NCBI GenBank assembly: GCA_964535805.1
Contig: CAZHUM010000004.1
Span: forward strand, 1 to 59,681
DNA length: 59,681 nucleotides
Direction: 5' to 3'
From: an uncultured Thermoplasmata archaeon
Lineage (GTDB): Archaea; Thermoplasmatota; Thermoplasmata; Halarchaeoplasmatales; Halarchaeoplasmataceae
Part shown: positions 37,864 through 48,102 of the stretch, one piece after another
Numbering within the stretch: the stretch's first letter is position 1
Layout: every line of letters begins with the position of its first letter
Notes under the pieces: generated by a model
Seen by the model: only the letters and a program-made list of their open reading frames with translations
Databases searched by the model: none
What the model was told of the DNA's origin: nothing
Translations under genes and position numbers: made by a program

Positions 37864-38679
37864 ATGGCTGAACAGATGCTCATCAGCATAATAATCACGG
37901 TAAAGAACGAGGAGCGTGACATGCCCGATCTATTGGACAGTCTGGTAGTCCAAGAAGGTCCGATTGAGGTGATCGTTGTAGATGCACACAGCGATGACAG
38001 GACCCAGGAAATAGTAAGAAAATATTCTGATGAGTACGATTTTGTTCATTTATATATACAGGGTGGAACAAGAGGTAAGGGCCGCAACTACGGTGCGAAG
38101 AAAGCCAAAGGAGAACTACTTGGTTTCATAGACGGGGACGAGATCGTGAATCCTTTCTGGGCAAAGGAGATAAGAAAGACGGCTAAAAAGTACGATATCG
38201 TTGCCGGCAAAACGATCCAGATCGGTTATCACGCCTTCGAGAAGCTGGAGAGGGTAGAACTGATACACAAAGGGTACGACGTCACGTATCCAAGCTGCAA
38301 TCTCGTTTACCACAAAAAAGTATTCAGGAAGATAGGCGGGTTCGACCCTTGGTTTCAAACTGCCGAGGATATCGATCTAAATTATAGAGCGGTGGAATCG
38401 GGTGCCACAATCGGTCATAACGAGAACGCCATCGTTTATCACAGAACCAGGGGGAGTTTCTTCGGCTTCTTCAAACAGGCGTTCTGGAACGGATTCGGCA
38501 GGAAGCAGCTCACCATGAAGCACGGTAAGTTGTGGAGTGAATACTCTCCCGGGGATATGATAAGGCACAAACTCACTTTCTGGTACGGCTTGAGGATGAT
38601 CCCGGCTTTCGCAGGATACATCGCATGTAAATTCTGGGGGACCAGACCGGGTGAATCCGATAAACCTCTGAAAAAATGA
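37864..38679 (+). CDS. Glycosyltransferase family 2
   Basis: ISIIITVKNEE, VVDAHSDDRT and FIDGDE. Confidence 0.85.
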   Translation: MAEQMLISIIITVKNEERDMPDLLDSLVVQEGPIEVIVVDAHSDDRTQEIVRKYSDEYDFVHLYIQGGTRGKGRNYGAKKAKGELLGFIDGDEIVNPFWAKEIRKTAKKYDIVAGKTIQIGYHAFEKLERVELIHKGYDVTYPSCNLVYHKKVFRKIGGFDPWFQTAEDIDLNYRAVESGATIGHNENAIVYHRTRGSFFGFFKQAFWNGFGRKQLTMKHGKLWSEYSPGDMIRHKLTFWYGLRMIPAFAGYIACKFWGTRPGESDKPLKK

Positions 38680-38728
38680 GAATAGATAGGAAATTATTAT
38701 AAAGGACCTTACTTTGAAAGGTGTTGTC

Positions 38729-39403
38729 ATGAAAGTATCTGTTGTAATACCCACAATGAACGAAGAAGAGTCAATCGGAGAGGTCATGGACGAGACCAAT
38801 CAGGCCTTATCGGGTAGAGATTACGAAGTGCTGATAGTCGATACGGAATCCACCGATAAGACGAGAGAGATAGCTAGAGCGAAAGGTGCACGAGTTATAG
38901 ACGAACCCAGGAGGGGATACGGTCGTGCATATAAGACGGGATTCGAAAAAGCCAGGGGTGAGATAATCGCTACATTGGATGCTGACTGCACCTACCCGGC
39001 AAAGGACATTCCCAAGATGGTGATAATGATAGAGGTGGAGGGCTACGACTTTATCACTACCGATCGATTGTCCAACGTGTCTTCAGATGCTATGACCGCA
39101 AAACACAGATTCGGTAACTGGGTGTTGAAGACGACAGCGAACATACTTTTCGGGATACATCTAAAAGATTCTCAATCCGGGATGTGGGTTTTTAAAAAAT
39201 CGGCACTGAGACACATGCATCTGACCAGCGACGGCATGCCCTTTTCCGAGGAGATCAAGATCGAAGCTGTAAAGAAGGGGCTGCATTATGCGGAAGTCCC
39301 GATCAATTTGAGACAGCGTAAGGGAGAAGCTAAGATACAGTCCTGGGGGGACGGCTGGAAGAACTTCAAGTTCTTATTCAAGAAGAGATTCGGGGGAGTG
39401 TAG
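38729..39403 (+). CDS. GT2 dolichyl-phosphate hexose synthase-like glycosyltransferase (DPM1/AglD/AglJ-like)
   Basis: VSVVIPTMNEEESI, LIVDTESTDKT and LDADCTY; about 225 aa soluble type. The track ORF starts at TTG 38714; ATG 38729 preferred. Confidence 0.8.
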   Translation: MKVSVVIPTMNEEESIGEVMDETNQALSGRDYEVLIVDTESTDKTREIARAKGARVIDEPRRGYGRAYKTGFEKARGEIIATLDADCTYPAKDIPKMVIMIEVEGYDFITTDRLSNVSSDAMTAKHRFGNWVLKTTANILFGIHLKDSQSGMWVFKKSALRHMHLTSDGMPFSEEIKIEAVKKGLHYAEVPINLRQRKGEAKIQSWGDGWKNFKFLFKKRFGGV

Positions 39404-40066
39404 ATGAAGAAAGTGAAAATATCTCCATCACTGTTATCAGCTGATTTTTCATGTCTAGAGGAGTCTATCGAAGCGGTCAGGAACGCGGAGATGCTCCACT
39501 TGGACATCATGGACGGTCACTTCGTACCGAACATCTCCTTTGGACCGTGTGTGATAAAGAAGATCAGACCAATAACGGACCAGATATTCGATACACACCT
39601 GATGATCTCACATCCAAGGGATTATATCGATGATTTCGTGGATTGTGGGTCGGATATGATCACAGTACACGCCGAGTCTTTCAAAGATGTTGATGAGATA
39701 AGAGAAGCTGTAAGGGAGATAAATGACAGAGGTGTTAAGTCCGGACTAAGCATCAACCCACCAACTGAATTCGAGACGATCACGGATGTATTGGATGAGA
39801 TAGACCTACTCCTTATAATGACAGTCAATCCAGGGTTCGGTGGGCAGGGTTTCATGGTGGAGGTCGTCCCGAAGATCAAGAAAGCTTCTGACTACGTCCA
39901 GGAACATGAATTAGACCTAGAGATATCAGTCGATGGGGGGATCTCGCCTAAAACGGCTCCGTCAGTCGTCGAGGCGGGTGCAGATGTACTAGTAGCCGGC
40001 TCGGCTATCTTCGGTGGTAGATCGCCAGGCAGTGATCTTGCCGAGCTTAAGGAATCGATTGTATAA
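39404..40066 (+). CDS. rpe: Ribulose-phosphate 3-epimerase
   Basis: ISPSLLSADF, LHLDIMDGHFVPNISFG, MTVNPGFGGQ and VDGGI. Confidence 0.95.
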   Translation: MKKVKISPSLLSADFSCLEESIEAVRNAEMLHLDIMDGHFVPNISFGPCVIKKIRPITDQIFDTHLMISHPRDYIDDFVDCGSDMITVHAESFKDVDEIREAVREINDRGVKSGLSINPPTEFETITDVLDEIDLLLIMTVNPGFGGQGFMVEVVPKIKKASDYVQEHELDLEISVDGGISPKTAPSVVEAGADVLVAGSAIFGGRSPGSDLAELKESIV

Positions 40067-40084
40067 CGGGTCCGCATGAACCCG
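40067..40084. terminator. Hairpin between convergent rpe and the giant-protein operon
   Basis: CGGGT-ccgcatga-ACCCG immediately after the rpe stop. Confidence 0.25.
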
Positions 40085-40103
40085 CTATATCTCTGAAGAC
40101 ATT

Positions 40104-43100
40104 TTAGGTCTGTTCAGAATCGATTACATCATCGTTCTCATCTATTTCTAACATCTCTTCTCCTGATCCATCAAAGTCTTCGGGTTCCGATGTTTCTTCG
40201 TAATCTCCTTCGAAATCTTCTTCGTAAAGCTCTTCATCTTCTGCCATTTCTACATGAGGAGCACCGATTTTCCAGTAAGCGAGTCCGATAAGTACTAACA
40301 ATATCAACAGTGCAGCCAATGCGTAGAAGAGGTTCGTTTTGTACACTGGTATCGGATATCCACCGAACTCTACCTTTTCTTCCCCGGTCGAAGATAACGT
40401 GACTTCTTTACTCTCATCTAGGTCGACCTCCGTTAACATGTATGTTGTTTTAAATGCAGCTTTTATGGTGTAATCGTCCCCAGCCGGTAGTTTGAAAGTA
40501 TATTCTCCGTTCTCGGTGTATCCACTCCAAATCCTATCACCGCTTTCAACTACGACATATACGCCGGAAAGTTTCCCGTCTGTATCTTCGGTTACCACCG
40601 TCAAATAATAAACATCGCTCCGAGCATCAAGATGCCAGCTTTCCTCACTGTTAGTGACGTTGACCGTGTCTTCATATATCGGGCTGCCAAGCCATGTAAC
40701 ATAGATATCCCATTCTGAAGCGGGTATCCTAAACGTGACCCGACCGTTCTCATCGGAGTAATTAGACTCATAAAGTTTATCTCTATCCAGATAGGAAACT
40801 CTGATCAATGCATCTTCGAGAGTTTGTTGATCATCGTCCAAAACATCTACTGTAAGATAATACACGTTTCCCTGTACATCCATCGTCGCGTCTCCATCTA
40901 GGTTTATAATCTCGTTGTGTATCTTTATGTCGTTCCAGAACACAGTGATCGTTTGTTCCCCGCGAGGCGATCTCATTACAACACTGCCGTTTCCGTCGGT
41001 CAAATATCTTGCTAGTGTGTTACTTCCCAGAGGCAGTTCCGAATGTAGGTTCTTGATGAGAGCTTTTTCTATAGGTACTCCTTCGACGTCTGTTATCTTG
41101 TATTCAATGTAGTATATCTGTAGATTTATATCCATATGATCGGGTGACAGTATGGATTCCGATACTGTTATACTGGATTCGAACACATTAACGTTCTTCC
41201 AATGGACTAGCAGATCAACTGTCCCGTCCGAATCGAATGGAGTAGGTGTTCTGAAGGAGAAATAGCCGTTCTCGTCACTTACACCGGAAATCAGGTTCTT
41301 TCCGTATACGCTCACATCGACCGACGCACTGTTGACCGTTTCACCTCTTGAATCCACGAATCTGAGAGTTACATAATATACATCGACCGCATTTATGGTG
41401 TACGTTCCAGAGTGATCCACAGTTATGTCCGAATCGTATATATTTACACCTTTCCACGTAACGATGAATCGGTGTGTTTCACCGGGCAGCCTCGCTTGAG
41501 CCAACCCGTTCTCATCGGTTATATCCGAATCCATAAACGCTCCATGGTGATAGATCTCTATCTCACCACCAGATATAACGATATCCTGGCTGTCCAAAAG
41601 TTCGATATCTAGATGATATACACTGGTGGCTATGGTCTTATTATCATTGTCGGTTATGGATAATGAATCGTGGTAAACCTCGATATTTTTCCAATAGGCA
41701 TACACATCGATGGAAACCCCTGGCAATCTAGATTCCGGTGTGTTACCGTCTGCATCCGTCACAACGCTGTTCAACCTATCAGTCCCAAGAATATATTCGA
41801 TCCTGGCGTTCTCCAAAGGCTCGCCTACGTCGTCCACCGCTTTTATCGATAGATAATATACTTCACATGATATATCCATATCACCATTCGCATCCAGAGT
41901 GGTGCTCTGAGAATATACCTCCGCACCCTTCCAGCTAACTGTGATGTCAACATTCGAACCAGGCAGGCGTGCATAGGCTTCACCGTTTTCGTTGGATACG
42001 TTGCTGTACAAGATACCAGCCGATGGATGTTCGACGGATATTCTTCCGTTCTCTAGAGGAATTTCCCTGCTATCTACAAGCCTGAACGTTATGTGATAAA
42101 CACTACACTGTATCTGTACCTCCGGCATACCCGCCTGTACCGTTATTCCTGCTGTACCTACAAGGACACCTCGCCAGTACGCTTCTATGGTGTGGTCTCC
42201 CAAAGGCAATCTGATGGTAACGTCTCCGGAGTCGTCCGTCTCTCCACTGTTTGCGAAAGCGTCCGTTTCATCGGTATATGCCGCTAGCAGTACGTTCTCA
42301 AGGTCTTCACTGAGCGAATCGTCGGTGTGGAAATCAACGTAGTATATCTCCAAAACGACCACTTCGCTCCTGTTATCTGTTAAATCCCAATTCGAAACAT
42401 TTCCAACGTTCACTCCGTGCCATCTAAACGTGAGATTGTAACCGAAGCCGCTCTCCGTCCACGGCAGCCTAAAGGTGACGTTACCTTCGTTGTCCGTCAG
42501 GTCAGCGTCTGCTGTACTCTGGGTATCGTTGAACGTGACGATGGTGTGAACATCGGGCACCGCGACATCATTTTGGTCCTTAGTCGTTACCGTCAAGTAA
42601 TATATGTTCCCGTTTATGGTGAACTGGTCGTTGGAATCTACACGGTGTACCGTAGAATTGACCTCTCTGCCCAGCCATTCAGTTTTTATAGAATAATTTC
42701 CTATCGGTAATTGATCGATAGATGCATATCCAGATTTATCCGTTATCGCTTTTAGCAGGGTTCCGTTCGGATGACCGATGAACAGGTTAGCGCTGTTTAC
42801 TCCCTTGTGTGCAGAATCAAGAACCTTGTACTGAGGGTAGAATACGTCGCAGTTCAAAGTCACTGGATTGTTCCATGTTACATCCATATCGACTTCGATG
42901 ACGGTTTCGTTGACTAATACGTCCTGCCAATAGACCTCGATGCTGTAATTACCTCCTCTCAGTGTGATATTAAGATAACCGGTTTCGTTGGTGTAGTTAT
43001 GTGTAACGTATACGCCAACTTGAGAATCGATCTCGACCCTAGCACCATCCAAGGGGTTGTCCATGGAATCGATGGTCTTGAAATTAACGAAATACAGTTT

Positions 43101-44141
43101 TCCGCCGATGAAGAACGTTTTGCTTTCGCTCTCGAGATGACCACCATAGGTTTCGTCGTCCGGATGATCTGGGTATCTGTAGTGGTAGCCTGTGTTGTCC
43201 ACTGCTTCCAGGGTGACGGTGTACTCACCTTCCGACGCTCCCCCGTAATCCCATGGATAGGTGTAATTGTTGACGTAGGTGGTCGAATTCCCGGAAACCT
43301 TTATCATGGGCTCATCCTCGAAAACCGTACCGTTTGGACCTTCCAGAGTCAAGTTAACCCATTTGATATCGTATCCACCGAAGGGATTCGTTATGGTCGT
43401 GTTGAAATGTATGGTGTGGTCGGAAGCGGAGAGCGGGAACGTATAGTTCTCATCGTAGGTGTAATTGAGCACTTTGAACGAGTCTATATCGATGTGGGTA
43501 GGGGTCTCAACCTCGAGTCTGCTGGGAAAACTTTCGTTTCCGAAAGCGATATAAAGAGTTGGTTCAACCGCTTTATTTAAGGTGATGTTCACCCTGATAG
43601 AGTTATTTTTTGGGATGATCTTATCTATGCCATCACAGCTTTGAGATAGTTCTACATAGTGACCGGGTATGTTCGTAATCTGTCCTGATTCCTTGTAACA
43701 TATATCGCTCTCCCATGAACCGGATGTACCGTTTATCTCGTCCACATCTAAGATAAAGTTATCCAACTTATTTGTACCGCCGGGTGTGTCAGTGATCCTA
43801 ATCCAGATATATGTTGTTAACGTACCGTTTATGTGAAAATTATCAACGAAGTTAGGTTCGAGATCCCAAGTTAATGTTCTCGACCCTCCGGTTTCGATCA
43901 CTTCGCGTTCACTCGTTCCCATGGTCGTGTTCATCTGATAATCACTCCCCGAGAGTGAAGATGTTTCATTGTGATAGTATAAGGTTTTTGTTTTTACTTC
44001 ATCGTCAGAAGCTGTTATATCTTCAAGTATCGTATCATTAGATGACATCATCTCGGGCTCGTTTAGGTTCCCTGAATTATAGCTACCTGCAATTATCAAC
44101 AACATTGTAATCAACAGTCCAGCAATCAATAATTTTTTCAC
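40104..44141 (-). CDS. Giant envelope protein A (1345 aa): signal/anchor helix, sequon-rich N-terminal region of about 330 aa, 11 tandem CarboxypepD_reg/prealbumin-like modules, C-terminal TM helix, acidic tail
   Basis: MKKLLIAGLLITMLLIIAG N-terminus. Repeats follow the pattern YYLTV..D..G.PL..A.V......TD.NG...RLP.G.Y.I.V.W.G. GGYPIPVYKTNLFY precedes the TM. GTG start overlaps the stop of gene B (GTGA) with GGAGG 8 nt upstream. Confidence 0.85.
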   Translation of the reverse strand: MKKLLIAGLLITMLLIIAGSYNSGNLNEPEMMSSNDTILEDITASDDEVKTKTLYYHNETSSLSGSDYQMNTTMGTSEREVIETGGSRTLTWDLEPNFVDNFHINGTLTTYIWIRITDTPGGTNKLDNFILDVDEINGTSGSWESDICYKESGQITNIPGHYVELSQSCDGIDKIIPKNNSIRVNITLNKAVEPTLYIAFGNESFPSRLEVETPTHIDIDSFKVLNYTYDENYTFPLSASDHTIHFNTTITNPFGGYDIKWVNLTLEGPNGTVFEDEPMIKVSGNSTTYVNNYTYPWDYGGASEGEYTVTLEAVDNTGYHYRYPDHPDDETYGGHLESESKTFFIGGKLYFVNFKTIDSMDNPLDGARVEIDSQVGVYVTHNYTNETGYLNITLRGGNYSIEVYWQDVLVNETVIEVDMDVTWNNPVTLNCDVFYPQYKVLDSAHKGVNSANLFIGHPNGTLLKAITDKSGYASIDQLPIGNYSIKTEWLGREVNSTVHRVDSNDQFTINGNIYYLTVTTKDQNDVAVPDVHTIVTFNDTQSTADADLTDNEGNVTFRLPWTESGFGYNLTFRWHGVNVGNVSNWDLTDNRSEVVVLEIYYVDFHTDDSLSEDLENVLLAAYTDETDAFANSGETDDSGDVTIRLPLGDHTIEAYWRGVLVGTAGITVQAGMPEVQIQCSVYHITFRLVDSREIPLENGRISVEHPSAGILYSNVSNENGEAYARLPGSNVDITVSWKGAEVYSQSTTLDANGDMDISCEVYYLSIKAVDDVGEPLENARIEYILGTDRLNSVVTDADGNTPESRLPGVSIDVYAYWKNIEVYHDSLSITDNDNKTIATSVYHLDIELLDSQDIVISGGEIEIYHHGAFMDSDITDENGLAQARLPGETHRFIVTWKGVNIYDSDITVDHSGTYTINAVDVYYVTLRFVDSRGETVNSASVDVSVYGKNLISGVSDENGYFSFRTPTPFDSDGTVDLLVHWKNVNVFESSITVSESILSPDHMDINLQIYYIEYKITDVEGVPIEKALIKNLHSELPLGSNTLARYLTDGNGSVVMRSPRGEQTITVFWNDIKIHNEIINLDGDATMDVQGNVYYLTVDVLDDDQQTLEDALIRVSYLDRDKLYESNYSDENGRVTFRIPASEWDIYVTWLGSPIYEDTVNVTNSEESWHLDARSDVYYLTVVTEDTDGKLSGVYVVVESGDRIWSGYTENGEYTFKLPAGDDYTIKAAFKTTYMLTEVDLDESKEVTLSSTGEEKVEFGGYPIPVYKTNLFYALAALLILLVLIGLAYWKIGAPHVEMAEDEELYEEDFEGDYEETSEPEDFDGSGEEMLEIDENDDVIDSEQT

Positions 44142-47100
44142 AAGATCACCTCCTTCTTTTTGGCTATCAATACTACCCCCGCGGCTATTACCACTACGAA
44201 GAGTAATGCCACATAGAATAGATTTGTCGTGTAAATCGGTCTCGGATAATCTTCAAAGTTGACAGTCATTTCCTTGCTGCCGTCAAGTGATACGTCTTCC
44301 GACTTATCCTGTTCTATGTCGGTCATCATCTGGGTCTTTTTCAACCTGGCTTCTACGGAGTAATCACCTTCGACTATCTGTGCGAACGATACTTTACCCT
44401 TTGAATTAGAAGTGTTCGTTGCGACCACGTTACCCGAACTATCGTACAAGGTAACTTCGACCCCGCTAACAGGACCGTCTTTTCCCTTGACGGTCAACCT
44501 GATATAGTGCACTGATGTGCCCACCGAGGTTTGTTTATCTGTGTTCAAATTGGATATATCCTCGGTTCCTACCCGTTTACCTTTCCAATAAATGTTCGCT
44601 GTCCAGTCTCCTTTGGGTAATCTCGGTACAGCTATACCGTGTTCCGTCGAAAGAGTAGCGAAAGTTGTCCCACCCTTATCTTTCATTATCACGTTGGCAC
44701 CGTCGAGAACGGTTCCTTCAGAATCCGTCACCGTTAACTGTAGATAGAAGATCTCGCAGGCGATGGTGTGATTCGAGTCCTGTGATAGGTCATAGTTTGT
44801 ATCCGCTACTTTAATACCCCTCCAGTAAGCCTCTAATCTCAACCCGCCTCCGGGCAACCTGAATGTGTTTTGTTCACTGAATTCCTTTTCATTTATCATG
44901 TCCATACCTGCGGGTAAGTCAGAATGGTAAATTGAAACGGAAAGACCGGTTACTGGATTCTCTCTCGAATCCTCGCCGGATACGGTCAGATAATAAACAT
45001 CACATGCCAAGGGTATATCTCCGCTTGACTCCATCGTTTTAACGCTCTGGTGAACCGTTACCCCCTGCCACTTGATGGTTATAGTAAAGTCGAAATGAGG
45101 TATCTTCACAGGGTACTCACCGAGGCTAGAAGTGAAACCGCTGGAAAAGGTCCCTCCATTGTATTCTACCACTATCTCCGCTTGCGAGATCGGACTGTCT
45201 TGAGAATCCTCTGCAACTAATCTAACGTGGTATATATCCAAATCGATGGTGACGTTCTTGTCCGTATCAACTGTGAGATCGGTATTTTTTACGTTGAACC
45301 CTTTCCAATATAAGTTAACTTGGTATGTTTCCTTAGGGATCCTTAGATATACCACACCTTGTGTGTCGGATTTACCGGTGAACACATTTTCACCGTTCAG
45401 TAATAGATTGACTGTGGCTTCAGATACGCTTTCTCCCATGTCATCGACTACGGTCATCTCGAGATCGTAGATATCAGCATACAAAGTAACTGAATTATCC
45501 CCTTGTGAACCAACCATCTGGTGATCCACGGTACCGATAGATACATCTTTCCAGCTTCCTTCGATAGTGAAGTTTTCTACTGGGAGTCTGACCCTTAAAA
45601 GACCGGATGGATCCGATATACCGCTTTCGATGAGTTCACCGTCATGTATTATGGATAAACTTACATCTTCGACACCGTTGTCCTGGGAATCAACTACCGA
45701 TATATCCAAGTAATAAACGTCGCAGACAGCCGTGAAATCCTCACTAGCTTGGACCGTTATACTCCCATTATCATAGACGTTTATACCTTTCCAGTCGATG
45801 AGGATATTAACATCGGTCGCAGGGAGTTTAGATACATATTCTCCTTGTTCGTCTGTCATGCCCACGTCGACAACTTCTCCATCGATCATCACGGACACGC
45901 TTGCATTGACGAGTGGGTTGGCATCCACCGTATTGTCCACCGCGATGATGTTCAGATGATAAACATCGGTAGTGATGGTAACATCCGTATTCGTCTGGCT
46001 TATCACCTCCTCTTCAGTAGCTACCAATGTGTTTATCCAACTCACTTCGAATCGATGATTCCCTCCAGCGAGTTTGATGAAAGCTTTCCCTTCCATATTG
46101 GTTGTAACAGAACCCATATTCCTACCTGTCTCAGTATAACGGACTCCAACGGAAGCATCCGATAGGGGGTCGCCTTCGGAATCCAAAACGTTGATCGTGA
46201 CTTTGTATATCTTAGCCGTTACCGTCATCGTTCCACTGGAGTCGACCGTTATCACATCGCCGTATACCTCCACGTCGTTCCAGGTTATCTCTAATAGATA
46301 ATCTGCACCGGGGAGTCGTGATCGTGCGATGCCGTTCGTGTTGGTCAGCCTACTGTCCGCGGCGACCATCGTATCGTTATAATAAAATACCACCAAAGCG
46401 TTTGAAACGGGGTCGCCTTCCGTATCCTTGACGTTCAGTTCTATGTTGTAGATGTCCACCGTGATATCGAAGATATCGGATGAATCTATGAAAACATCTC
46501 TCTCACCAACCGCTCTACCGTTCCATTCTACATTAAGTGTATATCCTCCCTCGGCGGTTTGTATAAGGTCTATCTCGCCGTTCTGATCGGTTCGCAGCGG
46601 AGTTATGCTCGTAGTACCGTTCGGGTGGGTAACATACACGTTAGCATCCTCCACCACGTAACCGTCGGCGTCCGATACCTTTATGGTGGGATAGAAAACA
46701 CCGGCGGTCAAGTTGTAAGGATCATCCCCCGTTCTGTTCCCGGTCACACTAACGTCTATCGACCTGTTGACACTTACTTCGACGTCCTGCCAAATGATAG
46801 AAATAGTGTAATTCACGGCGGCTAAACTTATATTAGTAATACCGCTGCCGTCGGTTTCATTCTGTGAGAATATTCTAACGTCCCCTTCGACTCTCAGCAA
46901 AACCGTCGTTTTCGGCAGTATGTTATCCTGATCGTCCACAATCCTGAAATTTACGAAATGATCCAATCCCGCTATAATGAACTCGTGATGTCCATAGACA
47001 TCGTGCCCCCCGAAATCGCCGGTATTATACCACGAACGCAGACCCGTGTTATCCACGGCACTGACGTTAACATTGTAAGTTCCATCGGGATGGTTACTGT

Positions 47101-48001
47101 AATTCCACAGCACTTCATATCTGCTTTCGAACGTATTGAAGAAACCATATGTTTTATTCTGTGGGTGTAGTGGAACAGAATCTATGATCGTTCCTGACGG
47201 ACCAGTCAATGTTAGATTGACCCATTCTATGTCGTAACCTCCGAAAGGATCGGTAACGGTGGCTTTGATGGTGATATTTTTATTGTTTTCCTCCGGAGAG
47301 AAAGTTGATGTTACGTTTCCTTCGTGGTCAACGGTGTAAACATCTTCAACCTTGATATAGTTTCTTGAAGGTAAAGTGAGACGTGAATCTCTAGTTTTAT
47401 TACCCCAGCTTATTGAATAATTGCAGTTTGCATTACCCCACAGGACATATTCTATCTTAATGGTAGATTCTTTAGAAACACTGTAATTGTCTATATTCAT
47501 ATCGCCATAGATCTTTTTCCAGTCGTTGTCCGGAAACGTCGTCGAATCAAGTCCACCATTGTATGCGATCTGTGTTTCATCACCTTCGGGTGTGACCTCG
47601 TATAAATAATAATGTATATCTGCATCTGTGGGAGTGCCTGTTGTTTTCCTAGCCCACATGGTTATGTTAGTTTCACCGTCTAACGTAAGATTTCCAGCTA
47701 ATTGTGGAAAAAGGTACCACTGTGCAACGACTTTAAAAGTACTGTCCTTGACTGCGTTCCCGTCTCCGGTGAAAGGAGAAGTCGTATTGTATATCTGTTT
47801 CGTCGTTTTGTTGCCTATATCTACCGCTCTATCTGTGGAATAAAGATAGAATTCTTTCTGCTTCATGGGCCGGGATCCATATACTGTTTCCGATTCTTTT
47901 TCGTTGGTAATAATATCCGTTTTTTCGGCGTTCGAAATCACCAACGAGACTCCCATCAATAAAATGACGCAAACCAAAACTATCATTAATTTCATTTTCA
48001 T
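44138..48001 (-). CDS. Giant envelope protein B (about 1287 aa): paralog of A with the same architecture and a short basic tail
   Basis: MKMKLMIVLVCVILLMGVSLVISNA signal-like N-terminus from ATG 48001 (GAGGG upstream); the track ORF extends to 48070. 11 repeat modules. DYPRPIYTTNLFY precedes the TM, followed by KKKEVIL. Confidence 0.85.
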   Translation of the reverse strand: MKMKLMIVLVCVILLMGVSLVISNAEKTDIITNEKESETVYGSRPMKQKEFYLYSTDRAVDIGNKTTKQIYNTTSPFTGDGNAVKDSTFKVVAQWYLFPQLAGNLTLDGETNITMWARKTTGTPTDADIHYYLYEVTPEGDETQIAYNGGLDSTTFPDNDWKKIYGDMNIDNYSVSKESTIKIEYVLWGNANCNYSISWGNKTRDSRLTLPSRNYIKVEDVYTVDHEGNVTSTFSPEENNKNITIKATVTDPFGGYDIEWVNLTLTGPSGTIIDSVPLHPQNKTYGFFNTFESRYEVLWNYSNHPDGTYNVNVSAVDNTGLRSWYNTGDFGGHDVYGHHEFIIAGLDHFVNFRIVDDQDNILPKTTVLLRVEGDVRIFSQNETDGSGITNISLAAVNYTISIIWQDVEVSVNRSIDVSVTGNRTGDDPYNLTAGVFYPTIKVSDADGYVVEDANVYVTHPNGTTSITPLRTDQNGEIDLIQTAEGGYTLNVEWNGRAVGERDVFIDSSDIFDITVDIYNIELNVKDTEGDPVSNALVVFYYNDTMVAADSRLTNTNGIARSRLPGADYLLEITWNDVEVYGDVITVDSSGTMTVTAKIYKVTINVLDSEGDPLSDASVGVRYTETGRNMGSVTTNMEGKAFIKLAGGNHRFEVSWINTLVATEEEVISQTNTDVTITTDVYHLNIIAVDNTVDANPLVNASVSVMIDGEVVDVGMTDEQGEYVSKLPATDVNILIDWKGINVYDNGSITVQASEDFTAVCDVYYLDISVVDSQDNGVEDVSLSIIHDGELIESGISDPSGLLRVRLPVENFTIEGSWKDVSIGTVDHQMVGSQGDNSVTLYADIYDLEMTVVDDMGESVSEATVNLLLNGENVFTGKSDTQGVVYLRIPKETYQVNLYWKGFNVKNTDLTVDTDKNVTIDLDIYHVRLVAEDSQDSPISQAEIVVEYNGGTFSSGFTSSLGEYPVKIPHFDFTITIKWQGVTVHQSVKTMESSGDIPLACDVYYLTVSGEDSRENPVTGLSVSIYHSDLPAGMDMINEKEFSEQNTFRLPGGGLRLEAYWRGIKVADTNYDLSQDSNHTIACEIFYLQLTVTDSEGTVLDGANVIMKDKGGTTFATLSTEHGIAVPRLPKGDWTANIYWKGKRVGTEDISNLNTDKQTSVGTSVHYIRLTVKGKDGPVSGVEVTLYDSSGNVVATNTSNSKGKVSFAQIVEGDYSVEARLKKTQMMTDIEQDKSEDVSLDGSKEMTVNFEDYPRPIYTTNLFYVALLFVVVIAAGVVLIAKKKEVIL

Positions 48002-48102
48002 ATTATTCCCTCTTTTTTCATAAGAATGAAGATAGCTATTTAGGTTATTTATGGTACGACTATCGAACAATATCCGATATCTTTCTTAAAATAATCACTA
48101 AT

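Noticed and set aside
42999-43580. Long antisense ORFs inside large genes (for example 42999..43580, 45749..46165, 2924..3472, 8154..8591, 17595..18020, 18516..19013, 25500..25976, 52920..53339)
   Set aside because: These are shadow ORFs opposite confidently identified genes. Their translations are low-complexity (S/T/P/L-rich) with no motifs or independent start signals.
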